Below, piece after piece: positions 18,082-28,992 of a DNA stretch of 64,000 nucleotides. Numbering within the stretch: the first letter of the stretch is position 1; every line of letters begins with the position of its first letter. Under the pieces are notes generated by a model, which saw only the letters and a program-made list of their open reading frames with translations, ran no database searches and was not told the DNA's origin. The position numbers were made by a program, and so were the translations under genes. Origin of the DNA: Promethearchaeota archaeon (GTDB lineage Archaea; Asgardarchaeota; Lokiarchaeia; Sigyniarchaeales; SOKP01); assembly GCA_029838195.1 (NCBI GenBank), contig JALGVJ010000001.1, positions 227,107 through 291,106 of the forward strand, written 5' to 3'.

Positions 18082-20217
18082 ATGATCCCAAAATCTCTTT
18101 TCTTCCCGCGAGCCGAGCAGTCCAAAAATATCTGGTTGATTAATCCTAATTTAGGGCATCCCTTGTTCTTGAATACCGACCCCGATTTAAAAAAAAGAGA
18201 ATTTGAGGCAGATTTTTTATTCATGAGCAACATTGACGACGAAAAGGAGGTTGAGCGCATCCTTACTAGAGAGATTCAGTTGATTCCGATTCTCGAATAC
18301 AAGTGGAAAATTAAAAAAATTATAGAATCAAAGAAAAGGGAAATAGAAGAAAGGTTAACATTAGAGAAAAAAGAAAAAAGAGGGTTATTTTCTCGCTTGA
18401 AAAGGAAATTCTCCATGAAAAAAAAAAAGACCAAGGAAACAGAGAAAGCGGAATCCCAATTCATGCAAACGATTACTTCGGGTATCGAATCTCTTAAAGA
18501 GTTTGCTGAAGAGAAATTTGAAAAACTTAGTCCTCGGGCAATGAGGGGAGATTCGATACCTACGGCAGTCTTGCGGGTTGAGAGAGTGGGCATCAAGACA
18601 TTAAGAGATGCAGATTACATAAAAAACGAGACGTGTACGCCCCTTCCTCATTTTACTAAATTTAACTCTCTGAGACCCGACTTGAATCAGTTTTACAAAG
18701 TTTCCATTAATTTTGACATTACTCAAGAGGTTTTTGAATATTTAGAAGATCATGGCTTTATCATGTTTGACGTGGAATGTTTTCGCAAGCGCATTAATTA
18801 CCATGCTCTTGTCATTTCTAAGAAAGATTGGCAAAAATTTACGTTTGTACAAGCCACGGATCTTCATTTGGCCGAAAGAAATGATAGAATTTACGAAATC
18901 GTGAAGAGATGGACCCGGACTTCCGTAAAGCGTAATGTTGATGCATTTCTTAAGGGTGTCATGAAAAAATTAAAAATTAAAAAAGATGAAGTATTCACGG
19001 AAGAATTCAAGGCGCCTCTCAGAAAACGCTTCATTAACCCTAATAATCAATTTAGAAAATTCATAAAATTAATGAACAGGAAGGTCCTAAATAATGAATT
19101 GGATTTCATTGTACTTACCGGCGATTTGATTGATTTTACTCTCCTAAGTAAACTTTTCAAATCCTTAAAAAAGATAACCAGCTTTAAATTTAAGCATACT
19201 AACTGGAAAATTTTTAAAGATATCATTTTAAATTCGCCTCATCAAAGAAGATATCGAGGCATGATTCGTGGAGAAGAATTACTCTGCCCCATTTTCACGA
19301 TTTTAGGCAATCACGATTATCGAGCGTATCATTATGACCTTACATGGGCGGGTCTTTATAGAAAAATGGGATTAAATGCATCAGAAGCTGTTGCCTTGAA
19401 CGAGTTTTTTTCGGCCTCTCCCATTACGGCTATCATCTCCTCAGAAATGGTGCTTCGAGGATATTTTACGGAAATCAACCCATTATTCGATTATTCATTA
19501 ATATTAGGAAAGAATCTCTTCATCTTTTTAAACAGCGGCTCGGATTCATTCCTAAACTTTCGGGATTTGATAGCGGGCCATCCTTCCGTTACAGGTCTTA
19601 CTAAGAATCAAATATCATATCTCGAAAATTTAATAAAAACCACGATTAAGAAAGGAATGAACGTCTTTTTTTTTGTTCACGGACCTCCCATAAATACAGC
19701 CCCCAAACCGTATCTACTCAAAAGAAATAGTAATAGATCTATTGAAGTGTCGGGAAAAACTATTGAGGATTTTAAAGAATCTACATTATTAAATAGTGGT
19801 TTTACCCTCCAAGATGCTCGAATCGATGACGTGTTTAATGTAAAATTCGGCACCATTGCTTCTAATTGGGAAAAAGTAATTGCTTTTTGTAAGGATTATT
19901 GTACTTTAACATTGGCCGGACATACTCATTCTTTAAGAGAATATCGTCTAGCTGATCCATCATTTAAAACAAAAATTTTTGATTCTCCTCCGTTCAAATT
20001 GAAACGCCTAGAAATTCCAGCGGCTATTTATTATGACCTTTACTCCGAATTGTATCAAAGCCCAGAAGAAATAAAACAAAATGGACCGTTTGTTGTTCAA
20101 ACTCCCGCCTTAGGCATGGGCGGATATAAAAATCCTTCAATTGTAGGTGCCTATAGAGAAATTGTCATTAAAAATGGAATGATTAACTCGTTTAAGGTAA
20201 AATATATTAATCGATAA
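18082..20217 (+). CDS. Calcineurin-like metallophosphoesterase with long N-terminal extension
   Basis: TDLH, LTGDLID, GNHD, VHGP, GHTH metal-binding motifs. Confidence 0.85.
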   Translation: MIPKSLFFPRAEQSKNIWLINPNLGHPLFLNTDPDLKKREFEADFLFMSNIDDEKEVERILTREIQLIPILEYKWKIKKIIESKKREIEERLTLEKKEKRGLFSRLKRKFSMKKKKTKETEKAESQFMQTITSGIESLKEFAEEKFEKLSPRAMRGDSIPTAVLRVERVGIKTLRDADYIKNETCTPLPHFTKFNSLRPDLNQFYKVSINFDITQEVFEYLEDHGFIMFDVECFRKRINYHALVISKKDWQKFTFVQATDLHLAERNDRIYEIVKRWTRTSVKRNVDAFLKGVMKKLKIKKDEVFTEEFKAPLRKRFINPNNQFRKFIKLMNRKVLNNELDFIVLTGDLIDFTLLSKLFKSLKKITSFKFKHTNWKIFKDIILNSPHQRRYRGMIRGEELLCPIFTILGNHDYRAYHYDLTWAGLYRKMGLNASEAVALNEFFSASPITAIISSEMVLRGYFTEINPLFDYSLILGKNLFIFLNSGSDSFLNFRDLIAGHPSVTGLTKNQISYLENLIKTTIKKGMNVFFFVHGPPINTAPKPYLLKRNSNRSIEVSGKTIEDFKESTLLNSGFTLQDARIDDVFNVKFGTIASNWEKVIAFCKDYCTLTLAGHTHSLREYRLADPSFKTKIFDSPPFKLKRLEIPAAIYYDLYSELYQSPEEIKQNGPFVVQTPALGMGGYKNPSIVGAYREIVIKNGMINSFKVKYINR

Positions 20218-20354
20218 GGCGAGATATCTTCCTTCAATTTATCATTCCTTCTATCTTTAATAAATTACCATCTCTCCAAAACGAAAATATATATAAATAA
20301 GTTCAACTCTTATCTAAAAATAAAACCCAATTAAATAATAAAATAAGAAGAATT

Positions 20355-21314
20355 ATGTCTGAAGAAATAAAAGAAGAACTTATTTCAAAAAAAGAGTTGC
20401 GATTCATTGCCATTAACGCAGCTGTCGTGTTTGTCGTGGGCCTCATCTTATTATTACTTGGATATAACATTTATTTTAATGAATTGTTCTATTATAATGA
20501 GCAAATGTATGCGATTTTCTCCGTGATTACGAATCTGGGAGATTTAATTGTTTATATCATAATCATCACGGTTGCTTGGTATGCTTATGATAAAAAAGTG
20601 GCAAAAAATTTAGCATTCTCTCTCTTATTGGGAGGTGCTTACGCGAATGCCCTTCTAAAAGATATCTGGAAAGATCCGAGACCATGGACCAGAAGAGAAG
20701 TGACGGGCTATGGCTTTCCTTCAGGCCACTCACAATCATCCGTGACCGTTTATGGATATCTTGCTCATGATGTAAGGGAAAAAAATAGAGGTATAGCAAT
20801 AATATTTGTAATTCTATTTTACGTGATAGCCATTTCCCGGGTTATTATCGGCGTTCACGACATCCAGGACATCTGGGGAGGGCTATTGTTTGGCATGCTT
20901 TTTCTCACGCTTTTTATCATCTTAGAACCACGAGCCTCGGCAAAAATTAATGCTTTAACCCTACCCCTTAAAATCCTCCTAGTAATTATCATTCCCTTGA
21001 TCCTGTTCATTGTTGCAGTCCTTATCTTTCCACCGATGGAACAAGGCTATGGGATGCACGCGGGAGCAATGATTGGCTTAGGCCTTGGATATATCATTGA
21101 ATGCGAGAAAATAGGTTATGATCCTACCATCCTCTCGACAAAACAGCGCTTATTGAACATGATTATAGGATTATTAGTAGTGTTCGCGTTGTATTTTCTT
21201 TTGAACTTTATTCCCTTAGAATCCGTGATCTGGGAGCTTATTGAATTTTTCATATTATCCTTTCTTCTGACGACTCTAAATCCTTGGATTTTCAATAAAA
21301 TACAAAAAAAGTAA
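20355..21314 (+). CDS. PAP2 family membrane phosphatase
   Basis: K.IWKDPRP, FPSGHS, SRVIIGVH...D motifs; multiple TM helices. Confidence 0.92.
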   Translation: MSEEIKEELISKKELRFIAINAAVVFVVGLILLLLGYNIYFNELFYYNEQMYAIFSVITNLGDLIVYIIIITVAWYAYDKKVAKNLAFSLLLGGAYANALLKDIWKDPRPWTRREVTGYGFPSGHSQSSVTVYGYLAHDVREKNRGIAIIFVILFYVIAISRVIIGVHDIQDIWGGLLFGMLFLTLFIILEPRASAKINALTLPLKILLVIIIPLILFIVAVLIFPPMEQGYGMHAGAMIGLGLGYIIECEKIGYDPTILSTKQRLLNMIIGLLVVFALYFLLNFIPLESVIWELIEFFILSFLLTTLNPWIFNKIQKK

Positions 21315-21432
21315 ATTAATATTTTTTTCCTTATTTTGATTTTAATTTATATTTTAATTCGTAAATGTTTCAAGTTAATGGGCGGTTTGCTGAATATAAA
21401 TTATCATAAAAAGCAAAAAAAACTATGGGTTC

Positions 21433-22089
21433 TTAAATCAATTGATATCCCATTTCTAACGCTTGAATATTAGGAGAATGCTCTCCGAAATATTTTTTTA
21501 GAATTTCCATGATAACCTCCTTTCGAAAAACTTCCCTGAATTCTTTTACAGCCACTCCTAAAATGATGCTATTTGCGAAGATCGCCTCTCCAAGAGTCTC
21601 TTGCGACAATTCGCTGAAATCCATGGAAACGATTTTTCGGGCAAATTGATCAAGTATTTCTAATATTTTAGCATTGGAAGGGTAAGCTTTTCCCGATGAA
21701 CTCCCTCCTAATAATGTTTTTTTAGGAAAATTATTGCGGGTGTTCATTATGATGACGGTCTTCTCTGAAATATACCGGAGATTTCTGATTGTTTCTAATG
21801 GTTCTAACCCCAAAACTAAATGAGCATCGTTCATTAGGATGATAGGTGAGATGAGATCTTCGGGGGCACGGTATTGGTCAAGAGAATATATCCTACTTTC
21901 AATGAGATATCGAATGGTAGAAATTACAGAGCCTTCTCTTTGGGAAACTCCTCGACTTTCCGTCCCTACCACGTTCTTTATTAACGGCGTTCGTAATCCA
22001 AATTCTCTCAATAAATTTCCCATTAAGATAACACCTTGGCCTCCTACACCCGCAATTAGAACATTAAATATATCTGCCATTAAACTCAT
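21433..22089 (-). CDS. iorB: Indolepyruvate:ferredoxin oxidoreductase beta subunit
   Basis: AGVGGQGVI, ESRGVSQREGSV, LEPLE; follows iorA. Confidence 0.88.
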   Translation of the reverse strand: MSLMADIFNVLIAGVGGQGVILMGNLLREFGLRTPLIKNVVGTESRGVSQREGSVISTIRYLIESRIYSLDQYRAPEDLISPIILMNDAHLVLGLEPLETIRNLRYISEKTVIIMNTRNNFPKKTLLGGSSSGKAYPSNAKILEILDQFARKIVSMDFSELSQETLGEAIFANSIILGVAVKEFREVFRKEVIMEILKKYFGEHSPNIQALEMGYQLI

Positions 22090-22113
22090 TCCTCTGTAAT
22101 TTTATTTGAATTT

Positions 22114-24168
22114 CTATTTTTCCTTCCTTGAAATAATTGTTTTTTTTATAGCGTCATTTTTACATGTGGATCTACACGTTCCCGGGCACACGTTAGCTAT
22201 GCATTTTGATTCATCGATGTAATAAATTAAATTTTTCTTTTTAGTAGTAGGTTCCATTCCGGTTCTATTTACAAGCTCATGAAACGTGGCATTAATGGCC
22301 GGACATCCAAAATATTCAATACATTCATTGCATTGCACGCACGTGTCTAATATGGTATAATATTCTTCCCTCTCGCCGTGGGGTTTTTTATTTAATCTTC
22401 TTTTCTTTTCAAGAGCACATTCCTCCTTGATTACTATAACTTTCAACCCTTTCTTTAGAAGCGTACCCTTAAACAGCCGTTCTAATTTTTCTATATTATA
22501 AGCATTAGTAATAACAAGGTGTTCAATACCCAAGCTCTCTAATAATTTTTCCAAGTCAATCTCTCTTAAATCTGTTTTGCGATAATTACCTGAATAGGAA
22601 ATTACTTCGTGAGGAGTGGAAACATGAGCTTGGTGACCGGTCATGGCCGTGTAAAAATTATAAAATATGATGATAGTAAAATCCAAATCATTTTTAATAG
22701 CGTTTAATATGGGTGGGAGGCCCGAATGGAACAAAGTAGAATCTCCAATGTATGCAATGAGTTTTTGCTTTTCGGAATCTAAAGCATGAAACATACCATC
22801 GGCAATTCCGACCCCAGCCCCCATGCATACGACCCAATCCAATAATTGATAAGGATATGCCTCAGCAAGCGTGTAACATCCAATATCTCCCGCGTGAATG
22901 AATTCTAAATCGTGTTCTTTTTCTAATTGCTGTAGTACTTTTTTTAATGCATAGAAGACTGGACGATATTGGCAACCAGGACAAAAAGTGGGTTCCCGGC
23001 GGGGAAGTAAGGGTAAAATTTCTTTTAAAACTTGTTCTTTTTTAGTAATTTCCTCAATTATGGAATTATTTTTTACGAAAAAATAGTGGAGGAAAAAATG
23101 CATGATAGTTTCAACGTTTAATTCGCCCGTTCGGGGGAGAAAATCTTTTCCGTGTATTGAAATATCAGTTGATAATTTCATTTTCCAGCATTTTAATTCT
23201 ATTAAAGACTGAAGAAAGGGTTCTAATTCTTCGACAATAAATAGCTTCTGTAAGTGGAATTTCTCAATAAAATCAAGGATAATCTCACTATTAAGGGGAT
23301 ATATCAAGCCTAACTTTAAAATAGGAGGTGTTATTCCTAACTTGTAGCAAACATCAAGCACGTATCCATAGCTTGCGCCACTGGTAATGATACCAATAGA
23401 TTCATCTTGGTGGGGACTTGAATTTTTTAGTTCGGGAGGGAAATCTTTAATGAAATTTAATTTTTGGTGAATATTTTTGTCTTTCTCGAGACGAGAGATG
23501 ATATTAAAATAGTTCTCTTGGTTGGCTAAAGCTCTTCCGAGAGTATTGATGAAACGATCGGGATTTTTTTTAAAAAATCCGGTTGCGTTGGGGGATTCAA
23601 TCTTTCCTAACTTTACAATTCCGTGTCCATGACATATCCGTGGAGTGGTATTAATCATGACGGGTATTTTGAATTTTTCCGAAAGGTGAATTCCTTCAAT
23701 AATAAAATTCTTGCATTCTTGAATGGTCGACGGTTCTAAAATGGGAATATGGGTATGTAGGGAATAAAATCGATTATCTTGAGCATTGGTGGAAGATAAA
23801 ATGCCGGGATCTCCTCCATTTAATATAACCATGCCGCCATTAACTCCTGAATAAGGAAAAGAATGAAGTGGATCTGCTGCAACGTTCATTCCCAAATGCT
23901 TGAACATTGCAATGGCTCTTAACCCTGCCCAACTCACGCCAATGCATGACTCTAAGGCTACTTTTTCATTAACAGAATAATCAAAAATAAAATCTTTAGA
24001 TGTTTCAGACAAATAATGCAAGTAATCTCCTACTTCAGAAACGGGCGTACCGGGGTAATTTGCTGCAAAAGTAATGCCCGCTTCGAACACGCCCCTAGCG
24101 AACGCTTCGTTTCCTGACATTAGCACTTTTTTATTTGGAGAATCTTCAAAAAGTTCAGAAAGGTTCAA
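22114..24168 (-). CDS. iorA: Indolepyruvate:ferredoxin oxidoreductase alpha subunit
   Basis: MSGNEAFARG, YPGTP, NEKVALE, KHLGMNVAAD, FCPGC, GDIGCY, GDSTLFHSG, C-terminal ferredoxin cysteines. Confidence 0.93.
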   Translation of the reverse strand: MNLSELFEDSPNKKVLMSGNEAFARGVFEAGITFAANYPGTPVSEVGDYLHYLSETSKDFIFDYSVNEKVALESCIGVSWAGLRAIAMFKHLGMNVAADPLHSFPYSGVNGGMVILNGGDPGILSSTNAQDNRFYSLHTHIPILEPSTIQECKNFIIEGIHLSEKFKIPVMINTTPRICHGHGIVKLGKIESPNATGFFKKNPDRFINTLGRALANQENYFNIISRLEKDKNIHQKLNFIKDFPPELKNSSPHQDESIGIITSGASYGYVLDVCYKLGITPPILKLGLIYPLNSEIILDFIEKFHLQKLFIVEELEPFLQSLIELKCWKMKLSTDISIHGKDFLPRTGELNVETIMHFFLHYFFVKNNSIIEEITKKEQVLKEILPLLPRREPTFCPGCQYRPVFYALKKVLQQLEKEHDLEFIHAGDIGCYTLAEAYPYQLLDWVVCMGAGVGIADGMFHALDSEKQKLIAYIGDSTLFHSGLPPILNAIKNDLDFTIIIFYNFYTAMTGHQAHVSTPHEVISYSGNYRKTDLREIDLEKLLESLGIEHLVITNAYNIEKLERLFKGTLLKKGLKVIVIKEECALEKKRRLNKKPHGEREEYYTILDTCVQCNECIEYFGCPAINATFHELVNRTGMEPTTKKKNLIYYIDESKCIANVCPGTCRSTCKNDAIKKTIISRKEK

Positions 24169-24361
24169 GCGAAAAACCGAGACCTATAAATAATTATAAT
24201 GCAATTTAATACCAAGAAATAAATTCATTCATGTTCAAAAAATCTTCCCGTAATACTTAAAAAAAGAAGGATTTAATAAACAAGAATTGGACTCCCAATT
24301 TTTTTTTATTTACCATTCAGATTTAATTATTAATAGGAAATAAAAGGTAAAGAGTATCGGA

Positions 24362-24502
24362 ATGCAGTTTAAAAAAAATAAAAAAGATGAAGAAGAGCAG
24401 TTAATAATAGAACGGGAATATTGGGAACGCTTTAGAAATGTGGAGAAAAAGAAGAAAATCCATGAACGGTATCAAGAATTAGAAAAATTAATAAATTCTT
24501 AA
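24362..24502 (+). CDS. Small charged hypothetical protein (46 aa; not in the ORF track)
   Basis: MQFKKNKKDEEEQLIIEREYWERFRNVEKKKKIHERYQELEKLINS fills the iorA-cobC gap with purine-rich coding-like composition. Confidence 0.4.
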   Translation: MQFKKNKKDEEEQLIIEREYWERFRNVEKKKKIHERYQELEKLINS

Positions 24503-24549
24503 ATTGTCTTAAACCAGACTTTTAGTTCGCATTTCTGATTTTTAATCTT

Positions 24550-25173
24550 TTATAGGTTAATGTATTTTATTTTAAACCACGGAGTATTTTTAACATCAAA
24601 ATTTACAAGTATTTTTGTGATAGAACCCGGGTCGATTTCTAAAGTAAAACTATTTTTTAAGGGAATTTCTAACACGCGTGTTAGAATAGAACGGATAACC
24701 CCTCCATGGGTAATGATAAGTACGTGCTCGTGTTCTTGCTTTTTTATCAACTTCAAGAAGAAATCAGAAACGCGCTCATGAAGCTCGAGATAGGATTCTC
24801 CATTTGGGGGGGAGATACTAACAAAATCCTCCATCCATTTATTTACTTCTTCAGCGTCCAATTCATCCCAGTTTTTCAATTCCCATTTTCCAAAATTAAG
24901 CTCTATTAAACGAGGATCTTCGATTGGTTCGCTACGTGAAAGAGCTCTCGCAAGCACCCGACATCTTTTTAAGGGACTTGAATATATAGCAGTGTTCTTA
25001 GTTATTTTTACCTGTTTATTAATTTTTTTAACTATTTTTTTATAATCGTCTGAAGGTTCTACATCAGATTGGCCATGAATAATGCCTTGTTCAATTTTAA
25101 CAGTTCCGTGTCTTACTAAGTAGATTTCTATACTCATGTTCGACTTTTCCCTAGGGTATTCATGTTCTTTCAT
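24550..25173 (-). CDS. cobC: Alpha-ribazole/adenosylcobalamin-5'-phosphate phosphatase (histidine phosphatase)
   Basis: YLVRHG, SSPLKRC, ELNFGKWE, PPNGES, THGGVIR; last gene of the cobamide operon; start likely 25137. Confidence 0.82.
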   Translation of the reverse strand: MKEHEYPREKSNMSIEIYLVRHGTVKIEQGIIHGQSDVEPSDDYKKIVKKINKQVKITKNTAIYSSPLKRCRVLARALSRSEPIEDPRLIELNFGKWELKNWDELDAEEVNKWMEDFVSISPPNGESYLELHERVSDFFLKLIKKQEHEHVLIITHGGVIRSILTRVLEIPLKNSFTLEIDPGSITKILVNFDVKNTPWFKIKYINL

Positions 25174-25217
25174 GGCAATGATTTAAAATAAATTTCATTT
25201 TCAGGTATTCTTTTTTC

Positions 25218-26345
25218 TTAATCTTTTTTTTTCTCGAGATCCTTAACCACGAGAGAGACGAGATAAGATTTTAAAAAAGACAAAATTTCCTCGATTACCT
25301 CCTTTTTTCTAACCTTATTCGAATGTAAATTGAAATCCGCCCCGATGAAATTAAATAGAAATCTTATTTTTGAAAATAGTTGCTCTCTCGATAAAATATT
25401 CCATTGATACTCGTCTAACAAGTAAGGGAGTAATGAAAGGGAAGCATTGATACCTTGATATTTTTGCAAAATAGAATTTAAGATTTTTTCAAATTGCTTT
25501 TCAGAAATTTCCTTATTTTCATTTAAGGTATTATAATATTCATGTACAACTTGAGGTGTAAGCTTATATCGTTCTAATTTTGAAAATAAATTATTTTGCG
25601 TGCTTGAAGTTAAATTTTCTTGGAATGCAATAGCTCTTTTTACGCCTTTAATTATCACGCGTCCGATCAATTCTCCTAATTTCGAATGCTTTCCAGCATT
25701 CGTGAGAGTAATGGAAGAATCCATGTTTCCTATCAATATACATCCATCCGTGCCCGTTCCCGTTGCAATTCCCGTCGAATATTTGCTTCCGATCAGTAAT
25801 TCTTGTAAAGCAACGGATTTTGCTTCCGTACAAGTAATTAATGCCCTGGTCAATGTACCGGGAGATAAACGGGCATTAATTTGTACTAACATGTTAATAG
25901 TGCCGGATATTTTTTTGCTCTCAGATAATTTTCGTTCATCAAAAGAACTTGGGTCTCCTGCTCGTGCCGCATTTCCTTTTGTCCCAGCTGTAATAATTGC
26001 GCATGCGGAAAGCCCCTCATGACTCATGATGGTCAAAGATGCATTTTTCATGTCCGCCGTTGTACTAATGCCGGTAGTGTGGCTAGGGGAAAGCCCTAGA
26101 TTTTTAGCTACTTGAATCAAGTGTTGTTCATAGGTTAGTCCTTCTAAATCATATTCGTTGTAAGTTCCCTTTTTCCCATCATAATTGTACACGTATTTTA
26201 AATGTTCGGCATATCCGCCATTAAATATTGAAGTACTTACGACATTCCGCTTTCCGTTAAATTTTATGACAATGGCTTTAGGATAAAGATAAGGATAAAG
26301 ATAAACATCATCTCCCAGCGGCGTTTTTAAGCATCTTAGGCTCAT
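25218..26345 (-). CDS. cbiZ: Adenosylcobinamide amidohydrolase
   Basis: TAG..GNA, GTIN, TEAKS..L, ATGTGTD, GKHSKLGELIG. Confidence 0.9.
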   Translation of the reverse strand: MSLRCLKTPLGDDVYLYPYLYPKAIVIKFNGKRNVVSTSIFNGGYAEHLKYVYNYDGKKGTYNEYDLEGLTYEQHLIQVAKNLGLSPSHTTGISTTADMKNASLTIMSHEGLSACAIITAGTKGNAARAGDPSSFDERKLSESKKISGTINMLVQINARLSPGTLTRALITCTEAKSVALQELLIGSKYSTGIATGTGTDGCILIGNMDSSITLTNAGKHSKLGELIGRVIIKGVKRAIAFQENLTSSTQNNLFSKLERYKLTPQVVHEYYNTLNENKEISEKQFEKILNSILQKYQGINASLSLLPYLLDEYQWNILSREQLFSKIRFLFNFIGADFNLHSNKVRKKEVIEEILSFLKSYLVSLVVKDLEKKKD

Positions 26346-26349
26346 GGTT

Positions 26350-27009
26350 TCACTCCTTTTTTATTTTTTTCATGGCATTCATGTAATCTTTAATCGTGTT
26401 AATATTATATAATAAATCTCTCTCTTCATTCAAATAAATTGCTTGTTCAATAGAGGGTAAACCTATATAATTTCCATCCAATAAATTAATTCCTATGGGA
26501 TATAATGAGCACGATTTACCTTCAAGTTCCATATCAATCGTGCTATAACCCGTAATTCCTTCTTTTTTTAATAAACTTTCATGAGACATGACACTCATGG
26601 CAGGTTTATTTTTTAAAAAATATTGTTCGATGATGCGTTCTAAATATTTTGGCTTAATTAAGGGAAGATCAGCCGTGATTGTAATAATCCTTTTCAAATG
26701 TAATTTTTGCACTACATGCTTTAAATCATGATGATATCCCTTGCCGGGCGTTCGAATTATTTCAATAGGATGTCCTAAAGATATAAGAAAGGATTCTGTT
26801 TTAGGAACATGAGGTGAAGTAGCAATAATGACCCGATTAATTGATTTCACGTTTAATACTGCTTCCATGACTCGTTCGATTAAAGTTTTTTCTCCAAATT
26901 TTAAAAGGGTTTTTTCATGATGTTCAAGCTTTAATTTTTCAAAATCAAATCTAGAACTTTTTCCACCAGCCATTATTACACCCGTGATTTCAATCAATTT
27001 CTTCACCAT
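26350..27009 (-). CDS. cobY: GTP:adenosylcobinamide-phosphate guanylyltransferase
   Basis: MAGGKSSRF, EK.LL, TPGKGY..DL, ADLP, NINT; position in the cob operon. Confidence 0.88.
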   Translation of the reverse strand: MVKKLIEITGVIMAGGKSSRFDFEKLKLEHHEKTLLKFGEKTLIERVMEAVLNVKSINRVIIATSPHVPKTESFLISLGHPIEIIRTPGKGYHHDLKHVVQKLHLKRIITITADLPLIKPKYLERIIEQYFLKNKPAMSVMSHESLLKKEGITGYSTIDMELEGKSCSLYPIGINLLDGNYIGLPSIEQAIYLNEERDLLYNINTIKDYMNAMKKIKKE

Positions 27010-27023
27010 GTAAGTTCACTGAA

Positions 27024-27884
27024 TTATATTAAATTTAGAGAATAAAAAATTATAATGAAGATCAAGCAAAAAAGACGCGTACATTCATTTAATGCTCCCA
27101 TGCAATCTCCCGTGAAGCCCTTGAAGTTCTTGTAAGCAATTCTCATGATTAATAATAATGATAAGAAAGTACTAATGAAGGCAATGAAGAATACGCTAAA
27201 AATAGAATAATAATTAAAAATTGAAAAGGCTTCAATTGAAATTAAAAAATTTGGTAGAACCAAAATGGTATTTGTCATGAAAGAATAGATCGAATTCAAG
27301 ATAATAGTAAGATAAATGAGCACGCATGTAAGAATGAGGGAATAAATAAATTGCATTACCGAATTTTTCTCCATGAAAGGTCGCACTATTTCTGTATCAG
27401 CAGATTTACCTAAAGAGCAAGCAGCTACCATTGAAAATTTAGCGCAGACTTCTGCTATCAATAAAGATATAATGATATGAGATTTAGAAAATGCAATAGA
27501 AAAACCAGTTAAACTCATGATGATGAATCCTAATGAAAAACCGCCGGCTCCAATCGAGACATCGTGCATTATTTTGATTTTATGTTCGGCTGTTCCCCTT
27601 GCCATGATACCGTCACCAAAATCAATCAGTCCATCCAGATGATGAGCGCCCGTGAGATAAATGAGAATCCCCAATATAATAAAGCCAACTATTGTGGCGG
27701 GTAAAAATTTAAATAGAATCAGAGCAATTATACTTCCTATTAAAGCTAGAACCCATCCAACTAGAGGAGAGAGCCAAAAAACAGCGGCAACATCTTCATA
27801 GTTATTTAATTCGACCTTCACGGGAATTCTTGTCAAAAAAAACAAATTATACTTAATTTTTTTCATTATATTGATTTTCTTCAT
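27024..27884 (-). CDS. cobS: Adenosylcobinamide-GDP ribazoletransferase (cobalamin synthase)
   Basis: FLTRIP, TGAHHLDGLIDFGDG, IMHD..IGAGG, GFTGDCMGA..E. Confidence 0.93.
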   Translation of the reverse strand: MKKINIMKKIKYNLFFLTRIPVKVELNNYEDVAAVFWLSPLVGWVLALIGSIIALILFKFLPATIVGFIILGILIYLTGAHHLDGLIDFGDGIMARGTAEHKIKIMHDVSIGAGGFSLGFIIMSLTGFSIAFSKSHIIISLLIAEVCAKFSMVAACSLGKSADTEIVRPFMEKNSVMQFIYSLILTCVLIYLTIILNSIYSFMTNTILVLPNFLISIEAFSIFNYYSIFSVFFIAFISTFLSLLLIMRIAYKNFKGFTGDCMGALNECTRLFCLIFIIIFYSLNLI

Positions 27885-27885
27885 C

Positions 27886-28992
27886 TTAGAACCCCCTGAT
27901 TAAATATAAAACAAAATAACAGACTATGGTTAAAAAAAGAATGAACATGTAACTCGTGAGTTTTATTATTTTATAAGATTCTTCAATGTCAGAAATTTCT
28001 AAAGATTTTTTTGGAGTACCAAGAACATACTTTCCAATTTTTTCTAACTGAACGCCTAATAGGCCCGCCATCGCTCCCATTGTCCAACCCGCATTCACGC
28101 TTTCTAACGAATTACGCTCATTTTTCAACACGCGAAGGGCATTTTTTATATCTTTTCTCAATAAGAAGCCGGCACATAAAATAAAAAAGGCAGTAAGCCG
28201 AGCAGGAATGTAATTTGCGATATCATCCATTCGAGCAGAAAACCATCCAATATTGCGAAATTTTGGATTTTTATATCCTACAATGCTATCAGCGGTGTTT
28301 ATCATTCGATACATGTAAGCAAGGGGAAGTCCCAATAATAATAACCATGCACTTGATACATGGAATATTTTAACCATGAGTGCAGCAAAAATGTTTCCAA
28401 TAAGGTAAAACCAAAAAACACTAGTAATACTATCTGTTGAGCTCTCAGCAATGCATTCAACGGTTGCGGAAATGATATGAACTTTATCAAGAGATGTGGT
28501 ATCTCTTCTCACGATAAAAGATAAATGATGACGAGCAGAGGGTAAATCTTCATTTTTTATCCCTTGAATAATGGGTTTGGACACGTCTCCCAAGTTTTTA
28601 AGCGCAAAACTCCATTTAAAAACAAATGCACTAATTAATGAATAAATTATAATGTTGTATAAAGTATACTCCTTCCATGAAAGGAAAAAATTATTATTAA
28701 CGATCCACCAAGAACCAATCTGGATTAAAAAAAGAGGAATCCAAACAATTGCGATTGAAATTATTAAAATTACGCTTCCAAATAACTTTTGTAACAATGG
28801 ATTTTGGACCTTCATTACTAAATTTTTAAACAAGATGAAAAGATTGCCCATTAGATTAACAGGATGGTATTTTACATGAGGATCTCCAATTATTCCATCG
28901 ATTAATAGGGCAAATAATACTGTGAGAAGAGTAATCAGGGGAAAATAAATATTTAATACCAAAAAATTCATTTTTCTTTTGATTCCTCTCAT
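27886..28992 (-). CDS. cbiB: Adenosylcobinamide-phosphate synthase
   Basis: GDP...HPV, IVRRDT, YRMINTADSIVGY, GWFSARMDD.ANYIPARL, SVNAGW.MGAMAG. Confidence 0.93.
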   Translation of the reverse strand: MRGIKRKMNFLVLNIYFPLITLLTVLFALLIDGIIGDPHVKYHPVNLMGNLFILFKNLVMKVQNPLLQKLFGSVILIISIAIVWIPLFLIQIGSWWIVNNNFFLSWKEYTLYNIIIYSLISAFVFKWSFALKNLGDVSKPIIQGIKNEDLPSARHHLSFIVRRDTTSLDKVHIISATVECIAESSTDSITSVFWFYLIGNIFAALMVKIFHVSSAWLLLLGLPLAYMYRMINTADSIVGYKNPKFRNIGWFSARMDDIANYIPARLTAFFILCAGFLLRKDIKNALRVLKNERNSLESVNAGWTMGAMAGLLGVQLEKIGKYVLGTPKKSLEISDIEESYKIIKLTSYMFILFLTIVCYFVLYLIRGF

